64,000 bases of DNA from assembly GCA_021740845.1 (NCBI GenBank), contig JAIOYZ010000004.1, positions 54,142 through 118,141 of the forward strand. The letters run 5' to 3'. The stretch comes from Bacteroidia bacterium (GTDB lineage Bacteria > Bacteroidota > Bacteroidia > UKL13-3). This document shows positions 17,251 through 27,136 of the stretch, in pieces. The first letter of the stretch is position 1; every line of letters begins with the position of its first letter. A model generated the notes under the pieces. The model did no database searches. It was not told the DNA's origin and saw only the letters and a list, made by a program, of their open reading frames with translations. The position numbers and the translations under genes are program-made.

Positions 17251-19062
17251 TTATGAAGAAGCTAATGAGTTTTTGAAACGTTTGCGTTCGTTTTCATCCA
17301 AATGGATTTTACGTAAGCGCAAAGAAAGTGGCGTAATTTCTACTAGCTCATCACCTTGAATATATTCCATACACTCTTCTAATGAGAAGTTAATTTTTGG
17401 AGCCATACGTGTTTTATCATCTGTACCAGAAGCACGCATATTGGTCAATTTTTTCTCCTTGGTAATATTCACTACCAAGTCGTCTTGGCGGTTGGTTTCA
17501 CCAATGATTTGACCCATATAAATGTTCTCTCCAGATTCAACAAAAAAGCTTCCACGATCTTGCAATTTATCTATAGAATAAGCAATTGCTTTTCCTTGTT
17601 CACCAGAAATCATAACCCCACTACCACGGTTAGGAATTGCACCTTTCCAAGGTTCGAAAGCTTTGAAACGGTGTGCCATGATAGCCTCACCAGCTGTTGC
17701 TGTTAAAATATTATTACGCAAACCAATGATACCACGAGAAGGAATTTCAAATTCAAGGTGAATTAAATCTCCTTTTGGTTCCATAACAAGCATATCGCCT
17801 TTGCGCTGACTTACATATTCAATTACTTTACCCGAATACTCTTCAGGAACGTTTACTGTTAGGATTTCAATTGGCTCGCATTTAACACCGTCAATTTCTT
17901 TAACAATAACTTGTGGCTGACCAATAGATAATTCATATCCTTCACGACGCATAGTTTCTATTAAGATAGATAAGTGAAGAATACCTCTACCAAATACTAA
18001 ATATGAATCTGCTGCATCTGTTTCTTCAACACGTAAGGCTAAGTTCTTTTCAAGTTCCTTAAACAAACGATCACGTAAGTGACGAGAAGTAACGAATTTA
18101 CCTTCTTTACCAAAGAAAGGAGAGTTGTTAATTGAGAATACCATGTTCATGGTAGGCTCATCTATTTTGATAGGAATTAAACCTTCTGGATTTTCAAAAT
18201 CAGCAATGGTATCGCCAATTTCAAAACCATCAATACCCATAACCGCACAAATATCACCACCAAAAGCTTCTTCAACTTTCATTTTACCCAAACCTTCAAA
18301 CGTATACAATTCTTTGATACGAGATTTTTGGATAGAACCATCACGCTTCACAATACTAACTGGTTGGTTAACTTTGATGTTTCCACGCAAAATTCTTCCA
18401 ATTGCAATACGACCTGTAAATGATGAATAGTCTAAAGAAGTGATTTGCATTTGCAAATTACCTTCTGGAACAACTGGTCCAGGGATTTGGGTAATAATAT
18501 CTTCTAATAATTCTGTAAAATCTGTTGTTGGATTTTTCCAATCTCTACCCATCCAACCCATTTTGGAACTACCATACATGGTATGGAAATCCAATTGTTC
18601 TTCAGTGGCTTCTAGGTTAAAGAATAAATCAAAAACGGCATCATGAACTTCATCAGGACGGCAATTTGGTTTGTCTACCTTATTAATTACAACAATAGGT
18701 TTTTTACCTAAAGCCAAGGCTTTTTGCAATACAAAACGAGTTTGAGGCATTGGACCTTCAAAAGCATCTACCAATAATAATACACCATCAGCCATGTTCA
18801 ATACACGTTCAACCTCACCACCAAAGTCACTGTGACCAGGAGTATCGATGATATTAATTTTAGTTCCTTTGTAATTTACGGAGATGTTTTTAGCCAAAAT
18901 GGTAATACCTCTTTCGCGCTCTAAGTCGTTGTTATCAAGGATTAATTCACCTTTTTCCTGGTTTTCACGGAAAATTTGAGTTTGATGAATGATTTTATCA
19001 ACGAGGGTTGTTTTACCGTGGTCAACGTGGGCAATAATTGCTATATTTCTGATATTCTGCAT
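17251..19062 (-). CDS. typA: Translational GTPase TypA/BipA
   Basis: MQNIRNIAIIAHVDHGKTTLVDK..., DTPGH, NKVD, and full BipA domain order. The ATG at 19062 is preferred over the 17-codon track extension. Confidence 0.95.
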   Translation of the reverse strand: MQNIRNIAIIAHVDHGKTTLVDKIIHQTQIFRENQEKGELILDNNDLERERGITILAKNISVNYKGTKINIIDTPGHSDFGGEVERVLNMADGVLLLVDAFEGPMPQTRFVLQKALALGKKPIVVINKVDKPNCRPDEVHDAVFDLFFNLEATEEQLDFHTMYGSSKMGWMGRDWKNPTTDFTELLEDIITQIPGPVVPEGNLQMQITSLDYSSFTGRIAIGRILRGNIKVNQPVSIVKRDGSIQKSRIKELYTFEGLGKMKVEEAFGGDICAVMGIDGFEIGDTIADFENPEGLIPIKIDEPTMNMVFSINNSPFFGKEGKFVTSRHLRDRLFKELEKNLALRVEETDAADSYLVFGRGILHLSILIETMRREGYELSIGQPQVIVKEIDGVKCEPIEILTVNVPEEYSGKVIEYVSQRKGDMLVMEPKGDLIHLEFEIPSRGIIGLRNNILTATAGEAIMAHRFKAFEPWKGAIPNRGSGVMISGEQGKAIAYSIDKLQDRGSFFVESGENIYMGQIIGETNRQDDLVVNITKEKKLTNMRASGTDDKTRMAPKINFSLEECMEYIQGDELVEITPLSLRLRKIHLDENERKRFKNSLASS

Positions 19063-19081
19063 GTTAATGTTAAGAAGGCTG

Positions 19082-19089
19082 CAAAGATA
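19082..19089 (-). promoter_or_regulatory. Candidate -7 promoter box (TAnnTTTG) for typA
   Basis: The minus strand reads tatctttgcagcc, 19 nt upstream of the typA ATG. Confidence 0.35.
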
Positions 19090-19252
19090 GTTCTTTGTAT
19101 CCATAAAACCCACGAAGTTAGATAGATGTTATAGTAAATTAATAGTAGGCTTGATATACAAATTGCCTTAATTGAAATCTATGCGGGTAATAAAAAGTAA
19201 GTGCTAATGAATCTTGATGCATAAATTAACAAGTTTTTAGTATTTAAACCTT

Positions 19253-19260
19253 TAACTTTG
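19253..19260 (+). promoter_or_regulatory. Candidate -7 promoter box (TAnnTTTG) for the 19266 operon
   Basis: taactttg ends 5 nt before the ATG at 19266. This would imply a leaderless or near-leaderless mRNA. Confidence 0.3.
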
Positions 19261-19265
19261 TCACG

Positions 19266-19658
19266 ATGAAGCGCTTGATTAATTTTTCATTCCTAAGTTT
19301 ATTCTTGTTGACTAGCCTCAACATTGGAGTAAAGGTGCATTTTTGCGGGGATGGCTTCGATCATTTAGTTTGGTTTGGTTCAGAACAAGATGAAGATTCT
19401 TGCGATTGCTTTGATTTTGGCAAAACAGATTGCTGCTCGGATTTGGTAATTCAGGCTCAAGGAAATCCAGAACGAGTTACTCCAAGGTTGGTTTCAGTTC
19501 CTGATGTAAACAGTTTCAAACTTTTTTATTCTTTAAGTTTGGTTCAAACCGAACCTGTATTTACAAAGAATGCTTTTTGCTTAATTATACAAAATAAAGG
19601 TGATTGGCCGCCTACCTCCCAAAAGGAATTGAGCCAATTGCAAGTATTTAGAATTTGA
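19266..19658 (+). CDS. Small secreted Cys-rich protein (tentatively HYC_CC_PP-like)
   Basis: Signal peptide, then VHFCGD, DCCSD and DWPP motifs in that order. These resemble the H-Y-C / C-C / P-P family found next to metal-associated TonB receptors in Bacteroidota. This call is from memory and not verified. Confidence 0.5.
   Translation: MKRLINFSFLSLFLLTSLNIGVKVHFCGDGFDHLVWFGSEQDEDSCDCFDFGKTDCCSDLVIQAQGNPERVTPRLVSVPDVNSFKLFYSLSLVQTEPVFTKNAFCLIIQNKGDWPPTSQKELSQLQVFRI
19541..19550 (+). repeat. Copy of the over-represented dyad motif (core GGTTCAAACC)
   Basis: tttGGTTCAAACCgaa, inside a CDS and read as LVQTE. Confidence 0.8.
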
Positions 19659-19738
19659 TACCCTTGTTGTTTTGGGTGTTTTAATACACCTCTTCTCTAG
19701 CCATTTTTGGCCATTTATTATTTTTAAAAACAACAATT

Positions 19739-20098
19739 ATGAAATCGATTAAAATTCTTTTAGTTTTATTTATAAGCTTATTTTTAAGCAAGGTTACTTT
19801 TGCACAAAAGGCAACTATACAGACTGATACGTTAACAGTTTATGGAAACTGCACTCAGTGCAAAGACAGGATAGAAGAGGCCTGCGACCAAAAGGGAATC
19901 AAAGAAGCCCTTTGGAATGTGGATACAAAAATTTTGACAGTAGTTTACAATCCTGCTAAAATTAGTTTGGAGCAAATACATGAATTTATTGCAGTATCAG
20001 GGCATGATACAAATTTGAAAAAAGCCGATGATTCTGTTTACGATAAACTACCTGGCTGCTGTTTGTATAGAGAACATCCCAATACACATCACGATTAA
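19739..20098 (+). CDS. Secreted heavy-metal-associated (HMA-like) domain protein
   Basis: Signal peptide. CTQC metal-binding CxxC in a ferredoxin-like HMA context (TVYGNCTQCKDRIEEA...). Cys/His-rich tail PGCCLYREHPNTHHD. Confidence 0.7.
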   Translation: MKSIKILLVLFISLFLSKVTFAQKATIQTDTLTVYGNCTQCKDRIEEACDQKGIKEALWNVDTKILTVVYNPAKISLEQIHEFIAVSGHDTNLKKADDSVYDKLPGCCLYREHPNTHHD

Positions 20099-22344
20099 TG
20101 CGCCACTTTTTAGTGATTTTGAGTCTTTGTTTCTGGATAGAAACTTGGGCTCAAACTCCTGCTGTACTTAAAGGTGTAGTGGTAGAGTCTACCATTAAAG
20201 GTAAAATTGAACCCATTATTGGTGCGGTAATTCATTGGCAAGGTTCTAACCATGCTGTAAGTACAAATGCCAGCGGAGTTTTTGAAATTAAGGTTGAACC
20301 GAATTCAAATCATTTAATTGTACAGGCTTTGGGTTTTGAAAATGATACCATTTTGGTAAAGGATATTAATTACTTGAAAGTACTAATGGTTAGTAAGCGC
20401 AACTTAAAAGATGTGGTGATTAGCTACGAGAAAAAGACTACAGAAGTATCTTTTATTGATCCTTGGAAAACCACCATTATGAATGAAAAGGAATTGTTTA
20501 AAGCGGCTTGCTGTAACCTTTCTGAAAGCTTTGAAACCAACCCAAGTGTGGATGTTGCTTATAGCGATGCTTTAACAGGTTCTAAGCAAATTCAAATGCT
20601 TGGTTTGGCAGGCCAATACACACAAATGAGTCAGGAACAAATGCCAGGAATTAGAGGCATTGCCACCAATTTTGGATTGAATTATACTCCTGGAACTTGG
20701 GTGAATTCTATTCAGGTAAGCAAGGGATTGGGTTCTGTTGTAAATGGTTTTGAAAGTGTTTCTGGCCAAATTAATGTGGAATTACACAAGCCTACAAGCA
20801 AAGATAAATTGTATTGGAATGGATATGCAAGTCAGGGTGGAAGGTTTGAAACCAATTTGGTATTGGCGCAACAGCCCAGCAAAATGTTTTCGCATGCTTT
20901 ATTTTTACATGGAAGCAATACGGTTTTGAGAATGGATCAAAACAAGGATGAGTATTTGGATAATCCCTTAGGCACACAAGCCAATATTTTGTATCGCATG
21001 TTTATTGATAATAAAACAGGTTTGGTTTTTCATGCTTCGGTTCAATACGTAAATGATAAAAAAACGGGTGGGCAATTTGCATTTAAGGAGAGCATGCAAG
21101 ATACCTCTAACAACACGGTTTACGGCACACAAATAGCTTCTGAAAGATTGAATGGTTTTATGAAATTGGGTTATGTATTTCCTAAAAACAAATACAAAAG
21201 TATTGGTTTGCAAGTGAGTGGTACCCAGCAAAAGTTTGATAATTTTTTTGGTAATAATTTATACAATGCCAATCAGCAAAGTGCTTATGCCAATTTAATT
21301 TATCAAGATATTATTGGCAATCCAAATCACAGGTTGCGCGCAGGTTTTAGCCAGCAATCGGATTGGGTGGATGAAAAATTGTTTAATAAACAAGCCTATC
21401 ATTTTATAAGGAATGAACAAGTAAGTGGCGCTTTTGCAGAATATACTTATAGCTATAAAGCATTATTTACAATGGTGGCAGGAACTAGAATGGATTACCA
21501 CAATTGGTTTGGGTGGAAATTTGTCCCGAGATTGCATTTACGCTATGCGCCCATTTCTTCCACAGTATTTAGAGCAGTGGCAGGTAAAGGTTGGAGAACC
21601 GCTAACCTAATTAGTGAAAATATGGGAAGCTTAGCGAGCTCAAGAATTTGGAATTTCTCCAATGCAAATACTCCAAAAACGGCATATGGATTTGTGCCAG
21701 AAGAGGCATGGAATTTTGGTTTGAACCTAAACCATGAATTTAAGTTGAATTACAGGCCCGGAAGTTTTGGTGTAGATTATTATTATACCTTGTTTACTAA
21801 ACAAGTGGTGGTAGATAGAGATTTTAATCCGCAACAGGTTTTGTTTTATGCATTGAATGGAAATTCAACTAGTAGAAGTTTACAAGTTCAATTGGATTAC
21901 CAACCCATCAGAAGGTTTGATGTTCGGTTTGCATACCGTTGGTTTGATGTGAAAACACAATACCAAGATGCCTTGCGTGCAGTTCCATTAATTGCTCAAA
22001 ATAGGTGGTTTGTAAACCTTTCTTATACCATAAAAAGCAAATGGAATTTTGATTTCACAACCAATTGGGTTGGTCAAAAGAGGTTGCCAATTACTCAGTC
22101 TAATCCAATTTATTTACAAAGGAAGGATTTTTCAAGTGACTACTGGTTGATGAATGCACAGGTGAGTAAAACGTTTAAGAATAGATTGGATATTTATTTG
22201 GGTATGGAGAATTTACTTAATTTTCAACAACCCAATGCCATTTTAGATGGACAAAATCCATTTGGAAATTACTTTGATGCCAGCATGATTTGGGGGCCTA
22301 TTTTTGGAAGAATGGTCTACGCTGGTTTTAGGTTCAAAATGTAA
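20098..22344 (+). CDS. TonB-dependent receptor (CarboxypepD_reg + plug + beta-barrel)
   Basis: The start overlaps the upstream stop (TAATG). N-terminal LKGVVVES...G..I carboxypeptidase-regulatory-like domain, plug motifs, and a C-terminal aromatic barrel end YAGFRFKM. Confidence 0.85.
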   Translation: MRHFLVILSLCFWIETWAQTPAVLKGVVVESTIKGKIEPIIGAVIHWQGSNHAVSTNASGVFEIKVEPNSNHLIVQALGFENDTILVKDINYLKVLMVSKRNLKDVVISYEKKTTEVSFIDPWKTTIMNEKELFKAACCNLSESFETNPSVDVAYSDALTGSKQIQMLGLAGQYTQMSQEQMPGIRGIATNFGLNYTPGTWVNSIQVSKGLGSVVNGFESVSGQINVELHKPTSKDKLYWNGYASQGGRFETNLVLAQQPSKMFSHALFLHGSNTVLRMDQNKDEYLDNPLGTQANILYRMFIDNKTGLVFHASVQYVNDKKTGGQFAFKESMQDTSNNTVYGTQIASERLNGFMKLGYVFPKNKYKSIGLQVSGTQQKFDNFFGNNLYNANQQSAYANLIYQDIIGNPNHRLRAGFSQQSDWVDEKLFNKQAYHFIRNEQVSGAFAEYTYSYKALFTMVAGTRMDYHNWFGWKFVPRLHLRYAPISSTVFRAVAGKGWRTANLISENMGSLASSRIWNFSNANTPKTAYGFVPEEAWNFGLNLNHEFKLNYRPGSFGVDYYYTLFTKQVVVDRDFNPQQVLFYALNGNSTSRSLQVQLDYQPIRRFDVRFAYRWFDVKTQYQDALRAVPLIAQNRWFVNLSYTIKSKWNFDFTTNWVGQKRLPITQSNPIYLQRKDFSSDYWLMNAQVSKTFKNRLDIYLGMENLLNFQQPNAILDGQNPFGNYFDASMIWGPIFGRMVYAGFRFKM

Positions 22345-22360
22345 TTTAATACATAATAAA

Positions 22361-22394
22361 AGGGAGATTTTTGCTTATTGGCAAAGGTCTCCCT
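22361..22394 (+). terminator. Imperfect hairpin downstream of the TonB receptor gene
   Basis: agggagatttttgc / ggcaaaggtctccct form a bulged stem-loop. There is no clear T-tract. Confidence 0.4.
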
Positions 22395-22414
22395 AAATTC
22401 GAGGATTGAACCCT

Positions 22415-22792
22415 ATGAAAAAGGAATCCTTCTCCATACAAAAACGATTGAAAAGCTTTGTGTTTGCTGGTAAAGGCATCATAACACTTGTCAAGGAAGA
22501 GCACAATGCCCAAATACATTTAGTGATAAGTTTACTTGTTTTGGCTGCTGGTTTTTATTTGGGTTTATCCAATTCTGAATGGATGCTAATTGTTTTTTTA
22601 ATTGGGTTTGTTTTTGCTTTAGAGGCCATTAATTCTTCCATTGAAAATTTAGCCGATTTTGTTTCTCCCAATCAGCATCCATTAATTGGTAAAGTAAAAG
22701 ATTTAGCTGCTGGTGCAGTTTTAATTGGAGCTATTTGCGCGGCTATAATTGGCCTATTAATTTTTATTCCAAAACTTCTCCTTCTAGTATAA
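22415..22792 (+). CDS. dgkA: Diacylglycerol/undecaprenol kinase (DgkA family)
   Basis: EHNAQIHL...EAINSSIENLADFVSP..HPLIGKVKDLAAGAVL, with three TM segments typical of DgkA. The ATG at 22415 follows the track TTG. Confidence 0.85.
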   Translation: MKKESFSIQKRLKSFVFAGKGIITLVKEEHNAQIHLVISLLVLAAGFYLGLSNSEWMLIVFLIGFVFALEAINSSIENLADFVSPNQHPLIGKVKDLAAGAVLIGAICAAIIGLLIFIPKLLLLV

Positions 22793-22804
22793 TTTTTTTA
22801 TTTC

Positions 22805-22814
22805 GGTTTGAACC
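22805..22814 (-). repeat. Copy of the over-represented dyad motif (core GGTTTGAACC on + strand)
   Basis: ttcGGTTTGAACCaaa, intergenic between the dgkA and DUF523 genes. Confidence 0.8.
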
Positions 22815-22824
22815 AAAAAATGCC

Positions 22825-23448
22825 ATGACAAACAGAGAATACTTAAATCAATTACCAAACCCAAGCATTGAGAATCCTATTAAGATTTTGATGAGTTCTT
22901 GCCTAGCTGGAACCTTATGCGGATACGATGGAACTGCCAATGGAACCTATCCAAGTGCTTTGAAATTATTGGGACAAGCCAATGTAAAAATAATCCTGTT
23001 TTGCCCTGAAGAATTTTCTTTTGGTTCTCCCAGAGAGATGTGCGATATACATGGTGGAACAGGTTTGGATGTTTTGGAAGGAAAAGCCAAAGTGCTTTCA
23101 GAAACTGGCATAGATTGGAGCGAAGGAATGATTAAAGCTTCAGAAAGAATGTTGGCTATTGCACAAGAAAATAAGATTGATTTGGCTGTTATGATGGACG
23201 TAAGTGCTGCCTGTGGTAGTCAGGTTATTTATGATGGAAACCGATTTGCCGAAGATAAAAAATACCAAATAGGAGCGGGAGTAAGTGCAGCCCAATTGAT
23301 GCGAAATGGATTTCAGGTTATAAGTCAGAGGGATTTTGCTTCTCTTGAAATTTTATACAAAAAAATAGACCCCACACATGAAGTGAATATTGATGCCAAG
23401 GACCATCATGAAATAGATTGGTATAAAGATTATTTTTCTACCACTTAA
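22825..23448 (+). CDS. DUF523 (YbbK-like) domain protein
   Basis: KILMSSCLAGTLCGYDGT... resembles the conserved DUF523 N-terminus. The ATG at 22825 is used; the track ORF from 22735 overlaps dgkA and is unlikely. Confidence 0.7.
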   Translation: MTNREYLNQLPNPSIENPIKILMSSCLAGTLCGYDGTANGTYPSALKLLGQANVKIILFCPEEFSFGSPREMCDIHGGTGLDVLEGKAKVLSETGIDWSEGMIKASERMLAIAQENKIDLAVMMDVSAACGSQVIYDGNRFAEDKKYQIGAGVSAAQLMRNGFQVISQRDFASLEILYKKIDPTHEVNIDAKDHHEIDWYKDYFSTT

Positions 23449-24524
23449 TGAAAGCAGAAAGTCACTATTTAATTCCCATCCTTGCAGTTATTTTTAGCTG
23501 TTTTTTTGCTTGCAAACCCAAAGAAAAGGTAGATGAAATTTTGGTTCAAACCGAATTTATAAAAGCAATTGATTTGTCTTTTTTGCCTCAAGTGAGGGCT
23601 TCTAATGTGGTGGTAAAAAACAGAGAAGGACTTGCAGAAGACATGTTATTTACCCTCAAGAAAAATGGTGTAAACACGGTTCGTTTAAGGTTATGGGTTG
23701 AACCAAGTGATGTGCATTCTGGGTTTAAAGAAGTAAAGAGTTTGGTTTCTGAGATAAAAAGTCTTGGTTTAAAAATTTGGCTAACGGTTCATTATTCAGA
23801 CACTTGGGCAGATCCGGGAGCCCAAACAAAACCTTCTGCTTGGAAGGATTTGTCGTTTGAAGTTTTAAAGGATAGTGTTTCTGTTTATACCCAAAAAATT
23901 GTAACAGAAATGGATATTGATTATTTCCAAATTGGTAATGAAATCAATAATGGAATGCTTTGGCCCGATGGTAGTTATTTGCAAGAAGCGAATCTTTTAG
24001 CATTGCTTGGTTCAGCCAGTAAAGCCTTAAGAACCCACTCACCTAAAACAAAAATTATGATTCATTATGCGGGGCAAACAGGTGCTTCTTATTTCTTTCA
24101 AAAGCTGGTGAATTTGGATTACGATATAATTGGATTATCGTATTATCCCACGTGGCATGGAAGGAATTTGGATACTTTGGAATTTCAATTGGCTGCAATT
24201 AGCAATGAATTTAAAAAGCCAATTGTTATAGCAGAAACTTCGTATCCATTTACCTTGGGTTGGAACGATTGGACGAACAATGTTTTGGGAGATACTAGTC
24301 AGTTGATTCCAGCCTATCCAGCAACACCGCAAGGGCAAAAGGATTTTCTAATTGCTTTGTTTAATATGGTAAAAATAACGCCAAATGGCTTGGGTTTTTG
24401 TTATTGGGGAGGAGAATGGATTTCTTTTAAAGGTGCCACTTCCAAAGAAGGTTCATCCTATGAAAACCAAGCCTTATGGGATTTTGAGGGCAAGGCTTTA
24501 CCAGCGATAGAAGTGTTTAAATAA
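23448..24524 (+). CDS. Arabinogalactan endo-beta-1,4-galactanase (GH53)
   Basis: VRLRLWV, HYSDTWADPG, the acid/base region GNEINNGMLW, and the nucleophile region VIAETSYP are GH53 hallmarks. Signal or lipoprotein N-terminus. Confidence 0.85.
   Translation: MKAESHYLIPILAVIFSCFFACKPKEKVDEILVQTEFIKAIDLSFLPQVRASNVVVKNREGLAEDMLFTLKKNGVNTVRLRLWVEPSDVHSGFKEVKSLVSEIKSLGLKIWLTVHYSDTWADPGAQTKPSAWKDLSFEVLKDSVSVYTQKIVTEMDIDYFQIGNEINNGMLWPDGSYLQEANLLALLGSASKALRTHSPKTKIMIHYAGQTGASYFFQKLVNLDYDIIGLSYYPTWHGRNLDTLEFQLAAISNEFKKPIVIAETSYPFTLGWNDWTNNVLGDTSQLIPAYPATPQGQKDFLIALFNMVKITPNGLGFCYWGGEWISFKGATSKEGSSYENQALWDFEGKALPAIEVFK
23543..23552 (+). repeat. Copy of the over-represented dyad motif (core GGTTCAAACC)
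   Basis: tttGGTTCAAACCgaa, inside the GH53 CDS and read as LVQTE. Confidence 0.8.
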
Positions 24525-24526
24525 AA

Positions 24527-24560
24527 AAGGTGCAAGAGGGTTTATTTCTTGCACCTTTTT
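24527..24560. terminator. Bidirectional rho-independent terminator between convergent genes
   Basis: 11-bp stem aaggtgcaaga / tcttgcacctt (24527-24537 / 24547-24557), A-run before and T-run after. Confidence 0.75.
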
Positions 24561-24582
24561 AGTGATTTAATTAAGACAAATA

Positions 24583-26022
24583 TTAATGTCCGCCGCTAAT
24601 TTTTTTATCGAAGTTGATGCCTTGGCTTTTTAGGATACCACTTACTTTCCAAGCATAAAAAGCTAGGTATGCAAAACATAATACACCAACAACATAACTG
24701 TATTGGATATTGTTGATTTCATCGGCAACAAAGCCTTGCAACCAGCTAATAATTCCGCCGCCCATAATCATCATAATTAAAAAACTACTACCTTGACTAG
24801 TATGTTTTCCTAAACCACTTATTGCCAAAGTAAAGATACAAGGCCAAAGTGTACTACAGAACAAACCAACGCTGGTATATGCGTAAACGCTGGTCATGCC
24901 AGAAGTTGTCATACCTACAATTAAAGCGACGATTCCTAAACTAGAAAATATTAAAAGCATGCGAGCCGGATTTCCTTTGCTGGCAATATCGGCAGCAATA
25001 AGAACCAAGATAATTAGAGCATACACGTAGAACGGACTTAAATCGTGGTTAGCTACTGCGTTTACAAATAAGAAGACTCCAAAGGCAACATAAGGGGCAA
25101 TAAAGCGCAATATTTTTTGGGTATTCATGTTTTCTGTAAATGCTTCTACCGCGCCGGTCCATCTGCCAATCATTAAACTGGCCCAATAAAGTGAAATATA
25201 AGGAGCAATATCTTTAGTTAAGAATCCTAAGTTTTTTTCCATGTAGGCTGGTAAATTACTTGCAGTAGAAACCTCAACACCAACATAAACGAAAATGGCA
25301 ATCATGCCTAAAATAAGTTGTGGGTATTTTAGAGCAGAGCTTCTGCTTGAGTGAGAGTCTTCTGTTTCTTCTGCGATGGCATTTGGTTTATCTGGAAGAG
25401 AAGAAAACTTTAATAAAATTGCTACTAATAAGAATGCAAATCCTAAAACTAAATAAGGAATTTTAACGCTTTCAATACTCATTGAATTGCTACTAGAACT
25501 TGCTGAACCAAAGATGGCAAAACTAACAATTAGTGGTCCAATGGTGGTTCCTAAATTGTTGATGCCACCTGCAAGAGTTAAACGCTGAGAGCCTGTTTCT
25601 ATTGGTCCAAGAGCAATGGCCAATGGATTGGCAACCGTTTGTTGGAGTGAGAAACCGAGGGCAACCGTAAACAAACCAGAAAGCATAAGAGGGAATGAAC
25701 CCAAGTTAGCTGCTGGGTAAAAAAGCAAAGTGCCAAGAGCAGAAATAACTAAGCCCAAAGCCAATCCGTTTTTGTATCCAATTCTATTTACCAAATCGTG
25801 TTTCATTAGCATGGAAATGCCCATGTAGATTAGTGAACCAACGGTATAGGCAATATAAAATGCCAAGGAAACCAATTGACTTTCGCCTTGAGATAATTGA
25901 AAGGTTTGTTTAAAAACGGGGATTAAGATATCGTTACTTGCAGCAACAAAGCCCCAGAAGAAGAATACAATTACCAGAGGGATAAATTGGCCCCAATTGG
26001 TTTTAACAGTTTCAGAATTCAT
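24583..26022 (-). CDS. MFS sugar:H+ symporter (FucP/GluP family)
   Basis: 12-TM protein. The N-terminus FFFWGFVAASNDILIP.FK is typical of the fucose/glucose-galactose permease subfamily. Confidence 0.85.
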   Translation of the reverse strand: MNSETVKTNWGQFIPLVIVFFFWGFVAASNDILIPVFKQTFQLSQGESQLVSLAFYIAYTVGSLIYMGISMLMKHDLVNRIGYKNGLALGLVISALGTLLFYPAANLGSFPLMLSGLFTVALGFSLQQTVANPLAIALGPIETGSQRLTLAGGINNLGTTIGPLIVSFAIFGSASSSSNSMSIESVKIPYLVLGFAFLLVAILLKFSSLPDKPNAIAEETEDSHSSRSSALKYPQLILGMIAIFVYVGVEVSTASNLPAYMEKNLGFLTKDIAPYISLYWASLMIGRWTGAVEAFTENMNTQKILRFIAPYVAFGVFLFVNAVANHDLSPFYVYALIILVLIAADIASKGNPARMLLIFSSLGIVALIVGMTTSGMTSVYAYTSVGLFCSTLWPCIFTLAISGLGKHTSQGSSFLIMMIMGGGIISWLQGFVADEINNIQYSYVVGVLCFAYLAFYAWKVSGILKSQGINFDKKISGGH

Positions 26023-26174
26023 TTATGAATAGGTTTTTATTTATGACTGCATAATAGCTTTTTATTAGAAATTTTTAAAGTAAAACAAATGAAACAGAAT
26101 CTGAAATGCCAATATTTGTCATTTTATTAGTGGTTCATCTTTATTAAATTCGAATGGTAATTAAGATTTGGCGT

Positions 26175-26184
26175 TGGTTCAAAC
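26175..26184 (+). repeat. Copy of the over-represented dyad motif (core GGTTCAAACC)
   Basis: gttGGTTCAAACCgac, intergenic upstream of the usp gene. Confidence 0.8.
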
Positions 26185-26269
26185 CGACAAATTATTATTA
26201 CTTACATACTTTATAAAAAATTAATAGTAAAGACGTAACTCGCATAAATAACCTAAAAAAATAAAGCAT

Positions 26270-27097
26270 ATGATAAGCAAGATTGTTGTTCCAACCGATT
26301 TTTCTAATCCTGCCAAGCAGGCCTTAAATTATGCAATAGCTTTGGCAAAAAAGTTAAATGCAGAATTAAGTGTATTGCACGTTAACCAAGTTGCTTTAGT
26401 AGATGCTACTATGCCAGCAGAAACCTATCAATTATTTGTTAAAGAAATTGAGGATCAAACCACGCGAAATTTCAATTCCATGGAAATGGATATTCTAAAG
26501 CCAAGTGGAATTAATTATACTATGCATAGCAGGTATGGATTTGTGGCAGAAGAAATTTGTGATTTTGCGCAAGTTCAAGAAACGGATTTGATAGTTTTAG
26601 GAACCACTGGCGCTACAGGTGCAGCCGAAGTTTTATTTGGTAGTAATGCAGCAAGCGTGGTGGCTAAAACTCATATACCTGTTATGGTAATTCCGGCAGA
26701 TTCTCCTTATAAAGATTTAAAGAGAATTGTTTATGCAACAGATTATAATGAACCTGAATTCCCTGCCATGATGCGTTTGGTTTATTTTGCAGAGCAATAC
26801 GATTGTCCGCTAGATGTGGTGCATGTAAAATCTGAATCTGATAGGTATTTTAATTCAGAGAATAATTTCTTTAAAAAGAACAAAGCCAATATTTCTTATC
26901 CAAATATCAATTTTGTGGAATTAGAAAAAGGAGATGTGGAGCAAAGCATTAATCAATATGTAGAAGATACACATACCGATTTGTTGGTAATTGCTAAGCA
27001 CAATCGCAATTTCTTTGATCGTTTATTTCATAGAAGCTTGAGTAAGAAAATGGCGTTTCATACACGCATTCCTTTATTGGTTTTGGTAAAGAATTAG
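26270..27097 (+). CDS. Universal stress protein, tandem UspA domains
   Basis: Two Usp domains (KIVVPTDFS...LVLGTTGATG...GSNAASV and IVYATDY...LLVIAKH). Confidence 0.85.
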   Translation: MISKIVVPTDFSNPAKQALNYAIALAKKLNAELSVLHVNQVALVDATMPAETYQLFVKEIEDQTTRNFNSMEMDILKPSGINYTMHSRYGFVAEEICDFAQVQETDLIVLGTTGATGAAEVLFGSNAASVVAKTHIPVMVIPADSPYKDLKRIVYATDYNEPEFPAMMRLVYFAEQYDCPLDVVHVKSESDRYFNSENNFFKKNKANISYPNINFVELEKGDVEQSINQYVEDTHTDLLVIAKHNRNFFDRLFHRSLSKKMAFHTRIPLLVLVKN

Positions 27098-27136
27098 CAT
27101 TTGGTTCAAACACCAAATACTAATTCTACCTATAAT

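Noticed and set aside
22735-22824. N-terminal extension of the DUF523 ORF overlapping dgkA. Similar TTG/GTG-extended track starts occur at 74, 4894, 6998, 8753, 19113, 22406, 30509, 31380, 34060 and 47112.
   Set aside because: The track treats TTG and GTG as Met. Conserved N-termini begin at downstream ATGs, and the extensions overlap neighbouring genes or promoter boxes.
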